DNA from: Eledone cirrhosa
Taxonomy: Eukaryota
DNA: 64,000 nt
Assembly: GCA_964016885.1 (NCBI GenBank)
Contig: OZ024764.1
Location: 4,588,001-4,652,000, forward strand
Direction: 5' to 3'
Shown here: positions 25,662 to 37,559 of the stretch, in pieces
How the letters are laid out: the number at the start of each line of letters is the position of its first letter
Numbering within the stretch: position 1 is the first letter of the stretch
The notes under the pieces: generated by a model
The model's input: only the letters and a program-made list of their open reading frames with translations
Database searches by the model: none
What the model was told of the DNA's origin: nothing
Translations under genes and position numbers: made by a program

Positions 25662-25860
25662 CAAGCGCTAATTTACATTGGTGTCCACATTAAAAACAAG
25701 GGAGGTATCTCAGGTTATTTTGATTTGTTTCTTCAGAATTCCTACATGTTGTTTTCCTCGATCGTAAAAATGATAGAAAGATAAATTGCTACTGAAAAGG
25801 TGGGGTAAACAAATCAGAAAGATTTCATTTACGTAACTTAATAGCCATTCAGAAAGCTTC

Positions 25861-25886
25861 GTGGGCCGCAGGTTACCCATGACTGG
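25861..25886 (-). mobile_element. possible hAT (Charlie-like) MITE terminus
   Basis: Reverse complement cagtcatgggtaacctgcggcccac resembles CAG...GGGCAACCTGCGGCCC hAT ends; the other end was not securely located. Confidence 0.35.
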
Positions 25887-27093
25887 TCTAGATCGTAAGA
25901 GGGTGTATGAAAGTCACAAGTTTCTGACGATATACACACATATGTATGTGAGTGTCTACGTTAAGAACTCGAAAAAAATAAGGATAAAATATTCCAGCTG
26001 TCTCACGTTGGTGGTGAAACATGTTTTTCCTAAGAATATTTTGTGTGTTTTCAAGGAATATCGCCATCAAAATCTATAAAGTTTCATCTACAAACCTGAG
26101 GACTCCGAGGTTGCCCTGTTACCTGAAATATAAATAGTTACGGGTGGTTAAGTGTAAGAGTCACTTTTCCCTAGGGTAGTGGTTCCTTAACTTTTTTTAT
26201 TTTACTCACGGGACATTTTTCAAGAAGTAAAACATATACTAAGGCACTTTGTAACATAAATTCGAAGATTTATTCAATATCATAAGATAGACTTAAGAGG
26301 TTCGAATCTTGACAAAACCAAAACTTAGCTGCGACCACTGTGTCTAAAATATTGGATAAACAAACGTTTATTAGTCAATAAAACAATTAATTTCACCCCA
26401 CCTCTCTGTAACCAGAACGTTAAATTACCGTGATAGTGTGAGGGGGTATATATAAAACAAGGGTAATTATGTAATTGTTACACCGGTGTCATAATTAGGT
26501 TTTACACCGGTTTATTACGTACCTGAAACAAGTAAAGATTTATTTGTCTTGTTAAATTTATAGAACATATTTGTTATATAAATTGTTAACTTAGCTCGGA
26601 CTATATCTCATTTACTAGTCTTATGTCAACTCCATTAAGACACACTCCTCTCTTCACCCAATTGTGTGTCCAACATCTCAAGATCCTTATAAATTACTAC
26701 ACCCAGTCCTTGCCAAGAATGTCAGCTCCATGGAACTGTGTTCATGTCTTTCTATAAAATGTAGGCCTCCAACAGTTTAAGTAAAACATCGATCTTTCTA
26801 AACGCATGGGAGGGGATCTGTTGAAGGCCATGAGCACTGCTCCTCTCCCCAGACCTACCAAGTACACATACGTACGTATATATATATGTTTGTGTGGTCT
26901 GTCATTCAGTCTGCTAGAAATAAGAACCAAATTCTCCCCCATATCATGTTAACCCTTACAACTACTTCGTTGATCATGGCCAGAACAACTTTTAAATATA
27001 AGTCTGCTGGGACAAGTCAGACGGGGGTTGTCATAGATGGACTGGGGTCTTATGCCAGCACACTCCCCCAACAACGATGATAACTCCACAAAT

Positions 27094-27293
27094 NNNNNNN
27101 NNNNNNNNNNNNNNNNNNNNNNNNNNNNNNNNNNNNNNNNNNNNNNNNNNNNNNNNNNNNNNNNNNNNNNNNNNNNNNNNNNNNNNNNNNNNNNNNNNNN
27201 NNNNNNNNNNNNNNNNNNNNNNNNNNNNNNNNNNNNNNNNNNNNNNNNNNNNNNNNNNNNNNNNNNNNNNNNNNNNNNNNNNNNNNNNNNNNN
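27094..27293. other. assembly gap (200 N)
   Basis: Run of n. Confidence 1.
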
Positions 27294-28115
27294 GTTCTTC
27301 CAGGCTAGCATGGGTTAGACGGGTTGTCCTGTTGTAGGCAGTGTCTGGTCGGCTGACCATGCCTTGCTCATACAGGAACTGATTTGGCTTGATTTCTACA
27401 GCTGGATGCCCTTCCTAACACCAAACCTCATTTACAGTGAGTGCTGGGTGCTTTTCCGTGGCGCCTACACGTCCACTTTACAGTGTGGGCTGGGTGCTTT
27501 TTTGCCATGGCACCTCCACGACCACATTGCAGTGAGGGGTGTGGAGGCATATTGTCTATATGCTTCAGCTTGTACCCATGGGAGGTCGGGTACTCTGTAT
27601 TACTGCGTGACGCCAGAGGTCACGGTCGTGTGTCATCGTCTTTGAGAGGTGTAATTGGGTAAGGTCGGCTTTTATCACCTCATCCCAGGTCATCTTGGGT
27701 CTCCCCACTCCGCGATTTCCATCAACTTGTAGTGTTCTGCACCTTTTTATGCAGCTGTCATCCTTCATACGCATCACATGTCCATACCAACGCATCCGCC
27801 TCTCCTGCACACAGCATTTGATTCCTCTTATGCTCAGTCTCTCTCTCAATTCATTTATGCTTTGTCGTTCGCGTATATTACTATTACACATCCATCGGAG
27901 CATGTAGGCTTCGTTTCTTTCTAATCTACGTAAGTCTTCCACCTTCAGCGCCCAGGTCTCACTACCATGTAACATTGCTGTTCGGATACACACATCATAC
28001 AGTCTGCCTTTCATTCTGAGGGAGAAGCCTTTTGCAACTAGCAGTGGTAGTAGTTCCCTAAACTTCTTCCATCCCGTTCTTACCCTAGTTATTGTAGTTT
28101 CTGAACACCCACTGC
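27294..28115 (-). mobile_element. RTE-clade LINE, ORF2 C-terminus plus 3' UTR
   Basis: ORF 27565-28014: KGRLYDVCIRTAMLHGSETWALK...RRLERNEAYMLRWMC...RRMRWYGHVMRM...GRPKMTW. The 3' UTR is shared with the SINE tail. Confidence 0.9.
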
Positions 28116-28280
28116 AGCTAGCAGTGGTAGTAGTTCCCTGAACTATATGTAGAAGTTATATTTAATTTGTTGGGATACAACAAGAAAATATTTTTATAAC
28201 TGATCTAAAGCACTCAACAAATTATTGGAGTAAAAATACGATATATTAACAAATGGAAACTATATTTATAAAACCATATT

Positions 28281-28345
28281 TATTTCATTATACATATTTC
28301 AAGGACACCAAGTTAAATTGTGGTGCGCTTTCATCAGATAAAATA
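28281..28345 (-). ncRNA. type I hammerhead ribozyme motif (left arm)
   Basis: Mirror image of 28508-28572. Confidence 0.65.
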
Positions 28346-28507
28346 TAATATAGATCAGTTTTATAAATAAATATTGACATACCCTTAAAGAATGTAACCA
28401 TTTCTGTTGGAAGCTCCCGGATAGTTATATACCCGGGAGCTTCCAACAGAAATGGTCGCATTCTTTAAGGGCATGTCAATATTTATTTATAAAACTTATC
28501 TATATTA

Positions 28508-28572
28508 TATTTTATCTGATGAAAGCGCACCGTAATTTGACTTGGTGTCCTTGAAATATGTATAATGAAATA
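28508..28572 (+). ncRNA. type I hammerhead ribozyme motif (right arm)
   Basis: TATTTTAT CTGATGA AAG cg CACC gtaatttgactt GGTG tc CTT GAAA T atgt A TA ATGAAATA. Confidence 0.65.
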
Positions 28573-28714
28573 AATATGGTTTTATAAATATAGTTTCCAT
28601 TTGTTAATATATCGTATTATATATATATATATGTGTGGGTGTGTGTGTAAATGAAGTATTTCTGTCGGAAAGGTACAGGAAAAAAGAGTGCTCTATGTAG
28701 GCTACAGAGCTTAT

Positions 28715-28869
28715 TAGTTATGTAGTAAACAACATAAGATAATTATTTCATTTACCAGTGGTTTCTTGAAGACAGATATTGTATCTATATTAAGACAGAT
28801 ACAACATCTGTCTTAGAGAAACCACTGGTAAATGAAATAAATTATCTTATGTTGTTTATTACATAACTA
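28715..28869. repeat. inverted repeat (~70-bp arms)
   Basis: tagttatgtagtaaacaacataagataattatttcatttaccagtggtttc is mirrored by gaaaccactggtaaatgaaataaattatcttatgttgtttattacataacta. Confidence 0.85.
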
Positions 28870-29432
28870 TATATATAGAAATAGAAGCCAGGACTATCCA
28901 TCATCAGTGGTCTACTAGCCATCATAGGTATTTCTTCGCATTACAGACCAGATACCTCAGGCTGGCGCGATACAATAACTAAAATAAGTTATTAGGATAA
29001 AAAGAATTGGGTGGAGAAAAAGAGACAGGTAAACAAACATGAATGGTGAGGCAACGTAAAGAGAGGAAAAAATGAGAAAAATCAAGTCAATGATTCATTT
29101 GAACATAAGAACTTGCGAATATTGACGAGAAGACGAAAGACACATCTTAACCGTGCGAAAGTGAGCGAGGAAAGAATTTTGCACGGTGTGGGGCGATGGA
29201 GGAAGTGAGTAGCAGAGAGTGAGTGAGTGAAAGTGTGAGGAAGAGGCTAGCCGAGAGAGGGTGACTAGCAGAGGGGGTGAATGAAAGTAAGAGGGAGACG
29301 GAGAGAGAAAGAGGATAGCAGTAAGGGATACACACACACACATACATACATCCATCCACAAACAGACAGACAGACACACACATTTGAGACCTATGAAAAA
29401 TTACATTGTCAAGGAACGCAACTCTTTATTTT

Positions 29433-29806
29433 ACCATCATCATCATCATTTCGTCGACTACTGTCGAGATGATGGATCTCACTCTCATGCCCCAGAATTC
29501 CCTGTCCCCCATCGCTGCCCCCAACTCCTGTCTACTGATTCCCGTATCCCTAGAGATAACGTCAGGGAATGACAGCTTCCTACTCCTAGTCAGGCTGGAG
29601 TCAGGGTTCCAGAGTAAGAGAGCGGATATGATTTCATTGCTGGCATGGTGACAGTGGCCAGCAAATTGAGCTCTCCGGGATTTTAGAAGGGCAGAGGCTC
29701 GAGGGAGTTTGCCATAGATTTTAGACAAGGTGGGATGTCGTTTCCAGGATAGGTTTTGCACTCTCATTAAGAGGCGGGTATATGTGCCATCCAATCTCCT
29801 CTCAAT
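29433..29806 (-). mobile_element. RTE-like LINE (second family), 3' end
   Basis: LDGTYTRLLMRVQNLSWKRHPT...RRAQFAGHC...DREFW followed by a (GAT)n tail. Confidence 0.8.
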
Positions 29807-29809
29807 ATT

Positions 29810-32300
29810 TTACCATATGTTTCCCTCCACTGCTGGGTGTGGATATGTTTTATTTAAGTAATAAGTTCTGACAGTCAGCCATACAGACACATGACAAAAA
29901 AAAAAAAAATTATAATTTCAAGGGAGGTAACTCTATATTTTGCCATTTAATTCTCTCCCTAGTTGGGTGTGGGTGTGTTTTATTTATGTATTATGTTCAG
30001 GCAGGCTGCCTTACAGGCATGATATGAGTGCGCTTTGTCGTATCTATATATTTATTTATGTTGTGTACAGTGCTCAGGTGCACTACAACTCATCAAAGGT
30101 GCATGTATAGTACATAGAATAATGTAAAAATGTCAGAGAAGTGAATAGTGTATGAGTCACGATATACATGTGTATGTGTGTATAGAGGGGGAATATCAGG
30201 TATAGTGTTGGAGAATTTCAGGAAGTATGGAGGTTTTAAAGGATGCAGTGTCTCGACAGCTGACAACTGATGCAGGTAGTTTGTTCCATGGAGGTTTTAA
30301 AGGATGCAGTGTCTCGACAGCTAACAACTGATGTAGGGAGTTTGTTCCATGGAGGTTTTAAAGGATGCAGTGTCTCGACAGCTAACAACTGATGCAGGTA
30401 GTTTGTTCCATGGAGGTTTTAAAGGATGCAGTGTCTCGACAGCTAACAACTGATGCAGGTAGTTTGTTCCATGGAGGTTTTAAAGGATGCAGTGTCTCGA
30501 CAGCTAACAACTGATGCAGGTAGTTTGTTCCATGGAGGTTTTAAAGGATGCAGTGTCTCGACAGCTGCTGACAACTGATGCAGGTAGTTTGTTCCATGGA
30601 GGTTTTAAAGGATGCAGTGTCTCGACAGCTAACAACTGATGTAGGGAGTTTGTTCCATGGAGGTTTTAAAGGATGCAGTGTCTCGACAGCTGCTGACAAC
30701 TGATGCAGGTAGTTTGTTCCATGGAGGTTTTAAAGGATGCAGTGTCTCGACAGCTAACAACTGATGTAGGGAGTTTGTTCCATGGAGGTTTTAAAGGATG
30801 CAGTGTCTCGACAGCTAACAACTGATGCAGGCAGTTTGTTCCATGGAGGTTTTAAAGGATGCAGTGTCTCGACAGCTAACAACTGATGTAGGGAGTTTGT
30901 TCCATGGAGGTTTTAAAGGATGCAGTGTCTCGACAGCTAACAACTGATGTAGGGAGTTTGTTCCATGGAGGTTTTAAAGGATGCAGTGTCTCGACAGCTA
31001 ACAACTGATGCAGGGAGTTTGTTCCATGGAGGTTTTAAAGGATGCAGTGTCTCGACAGCTGCTGACAACTGATGCAGGTAGTTTGTTCCATGGAGGTTTT
31101 AAAGGATGCAGTGTCTCGACAGCTAACAACTGATGCAGGTAGTTTGTTCCATGGAGGTTTTAAAGGATGCAGTGTCTTGACAGCTAACAACTGATGGAGA
31201 TAGTTTGTTCCATGGAGGTTTTAAAGGATGCAGTGTCTCGACAGCTAACAACTGATGCAGGGAGTTTGTTCCATGGAGGTTTTAAAGGATGCAGTGTCTC
31301 AACAGCTAACAACTGATGTAGGGAGTTTGTTCCATGGAGGTTTTAAAGGATGCAGTGTCTCGACAGCTAACAACTGATGCAGGGAGTTTGTTCCATGGAG
31401 GTTTTAAAGGATGCAGTGTCTCAACAGCTAACAACTGATGCAGGGAGTTTGTTCCATGCTTCAGCAACTCTGAGTGGGAAAAAATGTTTCCAAAAGTCAT
31501 AGGGAGCTGTGCTGTTTTCTGACTTTGTAGGCATGGCCACGTGTGTTAGACACATGGAAATCAAAAAGGTACTCAGGGTTGTTTTTGGCAAGATGGTTAA
31601 TAATTTTGTGTGTGTTTACCAAGTCAATTGCCAGACGCCGGAGCTTTAATGTATCCATGCCCAGGGAAGCAGGGCGCTCAGAGTATGGTAGATGCCTGAT
31701 GGAGGGTATTCGCTTGGTTGCACATCTCTGAACAGTTTCCAGGCGGTCAATGTTCTGAGCAAGATAGGGGTTCCAGACTGGTGATGCAAATTCTAAGTGT
31801 GGCCGCACCATAGCTATATACAGCTTTAAATAGATATCTGGAGAGCGGCTGACAAAGGTCTTGCTGAGTGATGCTAAGACAGCCTCGGCCTTCTTGACAA
31901 TTTTAGAGACGTGCTTCGTCCAACGCAAATCGCTGCTGACCGTTATGCCCAGGTCACGTTCACAAGAAGACTTCTTGATATTAGTGCTGTGGGGGGAGTA
32001 TGTGGACGCTGGGTTTTTCCTCCCAAAATTCATGGTGGTGCACTTGTCCACAGCTAGCTTGAGTTGCCAGTCTGAGATCCATTGTTGCATTGTGTCCAGG
32101 TCAGACTGCAAGCAAGATCTATAGTGTTCAGGATCTGTCCTTTTTATCTCAAGGTACAGCTTGATGTCATCTGCATATTTCAGTACCGTGAAATTCCTCA
32201 AGTTGGCATCTATGTCATTAATATATGCCACAAACAAAAGGGGCCAAGAACAGATCCCTGTGGTACACCAGATGACATCTCATATGGCTGAGGAGCAGAT
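29810..32300 (-). mobile_element. CR1/Jockey-group LINE, 5'-truncated, interrupted by an internal tandem expansion
   Basis: SGVPQGSVLGP (frameshifted), FVAYINDI...KYADDIKL...LQSDLD...ERDLGI...LYIAMVRPHLEFASPVWNPY...LETVQRCATK...TRGHAYK, then WNKLPASVV. The 3' UTR runs to about 29810. Confidence 0.9.
30227..31458. repeat. 61-bp minisatellite, ~20 copies, derived from the LINE ORF2 end
   Basis: Unit catggaggttttaaaggatgcagtgtctcgacagctaacaactgatgcaggtagtttgttc; minus strand reads WNKLPASVVSCRDTASFKTSM. Confidence 0.93.
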
Positions 32301-32473
32301 CGATACTGGAGTCAGGTCCATAACTCCTTGAGCCAAACGTGTGTAACAGGTCGTTACACAATAAATATTTTTCATATGTAAAGGAAACTTCCTCTTTTTT
32401 TTCTATTATATACACTCTGCCTGTGCACAGGTTGCTTGAGTGATTCCAACACCAGTAAGTGTAACCACACACA

Positions 32474-32511
<38 letters not shown>

Positions 32512-32661
32512 AAGGACTTATGCCCGAAACGTCGTCCCCCACCCCCCACTCTCAAGCGTGAACCTAATACTAACACTTTTTACTGCACTCTTCGTTATTG
32601 TCTTTGTTATCTGTTTTAACTTTTATATATATATATATGTGTATATACATATATATATATA

Positions 32662-32694
<33 letters not shown>

Positions 32695-32736
32695 GCATAT
32701 GCACACGCATACATATATATACACACACACATATAT

Positions 32737-32769
<33 letters not shown>

Positions 32770-32938
32770 CACACACACACACACACATATATATGTGTGT
32801 ATATATATATATATATACACACACATACATATATATATATTACACACACACACATATATATGCGTGTGTGTGTATATATATAGAAATACACACATATATA
32901 TATAAAAATACACACATATATATATATACACACACACA

Positions 32939-33000
<62 letters not shown>

Positions 33001-34094
33001 TGCACATATATATATATATATTACACACACATATATATATGTATGTGTGTGAATTTAATAAGGTATTTCAATGGATTTATTTATTTACTTTGGTACGAAA
33101 CTACAGGTGTGAGACATATGAACGAACGGAATAGTGATCTAGCTCTGTATCTCTCTTATACAACATGGCTACCGTCTCTGAAACATGTCCGTGATGTTGT
33201 TACTGTGATATCTCTTCTCAAGGACGAGGCACTAGGCTGCTTCTTTGGCTGGCTTCCTTGTGTGTGTGTGTGAGGGACCCATCCTCCACCACACGCACCC
33301 TTACAGTAATACAAACGAAAGTCGCTGCTCCGGAAGGGGTTTTATGACAAATATATATATATATATAGCCGCTGAAAGGAGTAAATCCAAGGACAAGACA
33401 GACTTTGTTTGGCCGGTGTTGCTGGGTTTCCTTCTGCTGGGGAGAAAGACCCTTTACCCCTGTCTATACATCCCAGGAAGAAGGAGCTGGCTCCGGGGAT
33501 AACCCTTCATCCATTAAGGACAACATACACGGAACTTCTGGCCGGTGTTTGGTTAGTCAACTCCTGGTGTAGAGGGATACCCGCCTCTTGTGTAACTCTG
33601 TAGATATTACAGAAAGATCGAATCCCGTTCCGGACGGAAGGAGTTGCAAGGGGACAGACAATATATGTAGATTAGCCCCTCCAATCACCAACGACAACAT
33701 ACCCCGAGAACTTGACCGGTGTTCCTGGAATATCTCTTACATCAGACAGCCCCCCCCCCCCCCCAGGGGTCACAGCCAGGTGTTGGATATAAACTCCAAG
33801 GACATAATAGTTGGGTGTAGCAGGATAAAGTTGGGTATCGTGGAGTAGCCCGATCCCCCCCTTTTCGGCCCCCGAGGGGTTTCACAGCTGTTGTCCTCCA
33901 TCAATATCCACCACAAGGTCAGTCAACTTTTTTTATAATCTTTCTCCCTTCTCTGATTTTTAATGATGTATCGTAATTATATAGTATATATACATTATAT
34001 ATATATATATATATATATACACTATAAGTATATAAACTATATATATATACATACACTATATATATACATTGTATATATATATAATGGTTTCTTA

Positions 34095-34232
34095 TATAGG
34101 CACAAGGCCAGTAATTTGGGGGGAGGGGAAAGTCGATTAAATCGACCCCAGTGCGTGACTGGTACTTTATTTTATCGACCCCATAAGGATGAAAGGCAAA
34201 GTTAACCTCGTCGGCGGGATTTGAACTCAGAT
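34095..34232 (-). mobile_element. Nin-domain-like SINE fragment
   Basis: Reverse complement gagttcaaatcccgccgacgaggttaactttgcctttcatccttatggggtcgataaaataaagtaccag. Confidence 0.7.
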
Positions 34233-34470
34233 CATATTGTATATATATATAATGCATATCTATAATGTATGTATATATGTGTTTATGTAATGTGTATATA
34301 TATATATATATCATCGATTAACGTCCATCTTCCACGCTAGCATGGGTTTGACGGGTCCTATTTTAAGGCAACACGTGTGTAGTGTGTATATATACATGTG
34401 TATCGTGTATATATACATGTGTGTGTAGTGTGTATATATATATATACATGTGTATCGTGTATATATACAC

Positions 34471-34520
<50 letters not shown>

Positions 34521-34844
34521 GTGTATGTAGTGTGTATAGACATGTGTGAAGGCGCGTAGCGTGATGGTTAGGGTATGACAATGGTAAAGTGGTGAGTTCG
34601 ATTCCCAGGCGGTGTCCTCTACATCTCTCACGGTAGATATATATGTGCATCACTCTAACTGACGGAGTACCAGTTATATTGTGTGTGTGTGTATATATAT
34701 AATGTATATTGCTGTATATATGATGTATGTGGGTATACACATTATATAAATATACGTGTGTACATATATATATATATATATATGTGTGTTTGTATATATA
34801 TATATATATATGTCTGTGTGTGTGTGTATATATATATATATGTC

Positions 34845-34887
<43 letters not shown>

Positions 34888-35004
34888 ATATATATATATA
34901 CACATGGTTTTATAAATATAGTTTCCATTTGTTAATATATCGTATATATATGTGTGTGTATATATATATATGTCTGTGTGTGTGTATATATATATATATA
35001 TGGA

Positions 35005-35335
35005 GGCGCATCGCTTAGTGGTTAGAGCATTGGCCTTGCAATCGAAAGGTTGTGAGTTCAATTCTCAGACCAGGTGATGTGTTGTTTCCTTGAGCAAGAC
35101 ACTTTATTTCACATTGCTCCAGTTTACTCAGCTGTAGAAATGAGATGATAGGGACTGGGGTCCCTATCATTCCACTGCAAAGTGGACGTGGAGGTGCCAC
35201 GACAAAAAGCACCCAGCACTCACTGTAAATGAGGTTGGTGTTAGGAAGGGCATCCAGCTGTAGAAATCAAGCCATAATCGGTTCCTGTCCCACCCTTGCA
35301 AGCAGGGAAAAGTGGACGTAAAATGATGATGATGA
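35005..35335 (+). mobile_element. full-length tRNA-derived SINE
   Basis: Near-identical to 3098-3430. Confidence 0.88.
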
Positions 35336-35724
35336 TATATATATGTGTGTGTGTATATATAGATATATATATATACGATATCGTATTTTTACTCCAATAA
35401 TTTGTTGAGTGCTTTATAATAGTTATAAAAATATTTGCTTGTTGTATCCCAACAATTTAAATAGAACTTCTACACACATATATATATATATGTGTGTGTG
35501 TGTTGGGTCTCCGTCGGTTCCAACGAGAGTTCCCGTTATCTGACCAACAACACTTTGCTCTAGAAATTAACGTGCAAGTGGCCGAGCATTCAACCGACAT
35601 AATTCTTAGGGAGATTCAGCCGTGAAGCAGTTCTTTTCAGAAAATAAATATAGATTATTGCTTTGGGACGAATATGTTACATAACGATAACCGGTTTCTA
35701 TACACACACACACACATCTATATA

Positions 35725-35769
<45 letters not shown>

Positions 35770-36049
35770 GAAAAGTATAGAAGTTATGGTAGCAAGAAGC
35801 CAACAGTATTCCATAATATATAATATATATATGTATATATATACCATTTATGTTAGGTTTTTTGCCAGTAGAATTGGTGATTCTAGTTAGTTAACGATTA
35901 AAATAAAGCACTCGACGTTATATAATCCGTCGTAGATGTGGTGCCCCATGGATGGGACAGGAACAGAGTTAAGTATTGATTAAAAACAACAGGAGGCTGG
36001 ATCGGAAACTTTCTTTAGTATTTTAATTCCGCGAAAATGTTTTTAATGA

Positions 36050-36098
<49 letters not shown>

Positions 36099-36170
36099 TG
36101 TATGTATGTATGTATGTATGTATGTATGTATGTATGTATGTATGTATGTATGTATGTGTGTGTGTGTATA

Positions 36171-36217
<47 letters not shown>

Positions 36218-36933
36218 ATATGTATATATATGTATATATTGTGTGTGTGTCTATATGTGTATATGTGTGTGTAATATATATGTGTATATATATTATGTAT
36301 ATGAGTATATATATATGTATGTATGTGTATATATTTATTTATGTGTGTGTATATATTTATATATGTGTGTATATATATGTGTGTGTGTGTATATATATGT
36401 GTGTATATATATGTATATATATATATATGTGTATATATATATGTGTGTGTGTATATATATGTATATGTGTGTATATATGTGTATGTATATGTGTGTATAT
36501 ATATGTATATATATATGTGTATATATATATATTTATATATATATATGTGTGTATATACATATACAAAAGATGTTCTGCCCTACGGTTAAGCTTTTACCGT
36601 TGTGATAGCAAATGAGAAGTATATATATCTGCTCTACTGCGTCTGCCACTTCCATTTTGACTGACTGTAAATAAAGACAGGCACTCACACCTTTTAATGC
36701 CGTGGTTGAGAGAGAGGTGATGAAATATCTACCTGCTTTACATCAGACCACATCCAGCGTTCTCCAGGATTCAATCAGAGGTAACCACAGTTCGTAAGGT
36801 ACTCAATACTCGTTCCTATTATCCACTCTACTACCCTAAGTATTGAGTACTTTGGTGCGTTATGGTCCATCTGGTTCCTTACCACATTTCCTTCGTTATA
36901 TATATATATATATATAAAGTTTAATATAGAAAT

Positions 36934-36985
36934 GACTTCTACAGGACTAGATCTGTTTCATTCAAAAGAAATCATCAGGGCTTTC
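36934..36985 (-). ncRNA. hammerhead motif, stem I 5' strand broken at the inversion junction
   Basis: Minus strand reads gcc CTGATGA tTTC tttt GAAt GAAA CAG atctagtc CTG TA gaagtc. Confidence 0.5.
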
Positions 36986-37030
36986 CTGACGATTTCTGTC
37001 GAATGAAACAGTTCTAGTCCTGTAGAAGTC
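36979..37030 (+). ncRNA. type I hammerhead ribozyme motif
   Basis: GGCTTTC CTGACGA tTTC tgtc GAAt GAAA CAG ttctagtc CTG TA GAAGTC; NUH=GUA; stem II is short. Confidence 0.6.
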
Positions 37031-37142
37031 ATTTCTATATTAAACTTTATATATATATATATATATATAAAACGAAGGAAATGTGGTAAGGAACCAGATG
37101 GACCATAACGCACCAAAGTACTCAATACTTAGGGTAGTAGAG

Positions 37143-37211
37143 TGGCTATCATCGAAATATATATAGCAGTAAATAAAGGATTATGAGTTCATGCAATTGA
37201 CTTATGTTTCG

Positions 37212-37251
<40 letters not shown>

Positions 37252-37478
37252 AACGAGTAGGACCCCGACGGCTGAGCTCAAGCCGTTTCGACGGCTAATT
37301 CTGGACGAATTAGTCTAATTCAGTCCAGAATTAGCCGTCGAAACGGCTTGAGCTCAGCCGTCGGGGTCCTACTCGTTCCTATATATATATATATATTATA
37401 TATAGTGACGAAACATAAGTCAATTGCATGAACTCATAATCCTTTATTTACTGCTATATATATTTCGATGATAGCCAT
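37143..37478. repeat. second long inverted repeat abutting the first
   Basis: tggctatcatcgaaatatatatagcagtaaataaagg...ggaacgagtaggaccccgacggctgagc is mirrored around ~37311-37318. Confidence 0.9.
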
Positions 37479-37505
37479 TGAATGGCTATGACCTCATCAG
37501 GCAGT
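37450..37505 (-). ncRNA. type I hammerhead ribozyme motif with palindromic loop III
   Basis: Minus strand reads ACTGC CTGATGA GGTcATAGCCAT tca ATGGCTATcATC GAAA T atat A TA GCAGT. Confidence 0.75.
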
Positions 37506-37559
37506 TAGTCAGTTCTTAGATATGCCAGCTCTGTGTGTATAGGGTTGATGGTATCAGAG

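Larger units (their letters stand above)
28235..28618. repeat. long inverted repeat (~185-bp arms, short spacer near 28421-28431)
   Basis: aatacgatatattaacaaatgg...gaagctcccgg is mirrored by ccgggagcttc...ccatttgttaatatatcgtatt. Confidence 0.9.
36823..37145. repeat. long inverted repeat (~155-bp arms) centred on two back-to-back hammerhead cores
   Basis: ccactctactaccctaagtattgagtac... is mirrored by ...gtactcaatacttagggtagtagagtgg; the centre is tcatcag-ggctttc-ctgacga. Confidence 0.9.
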
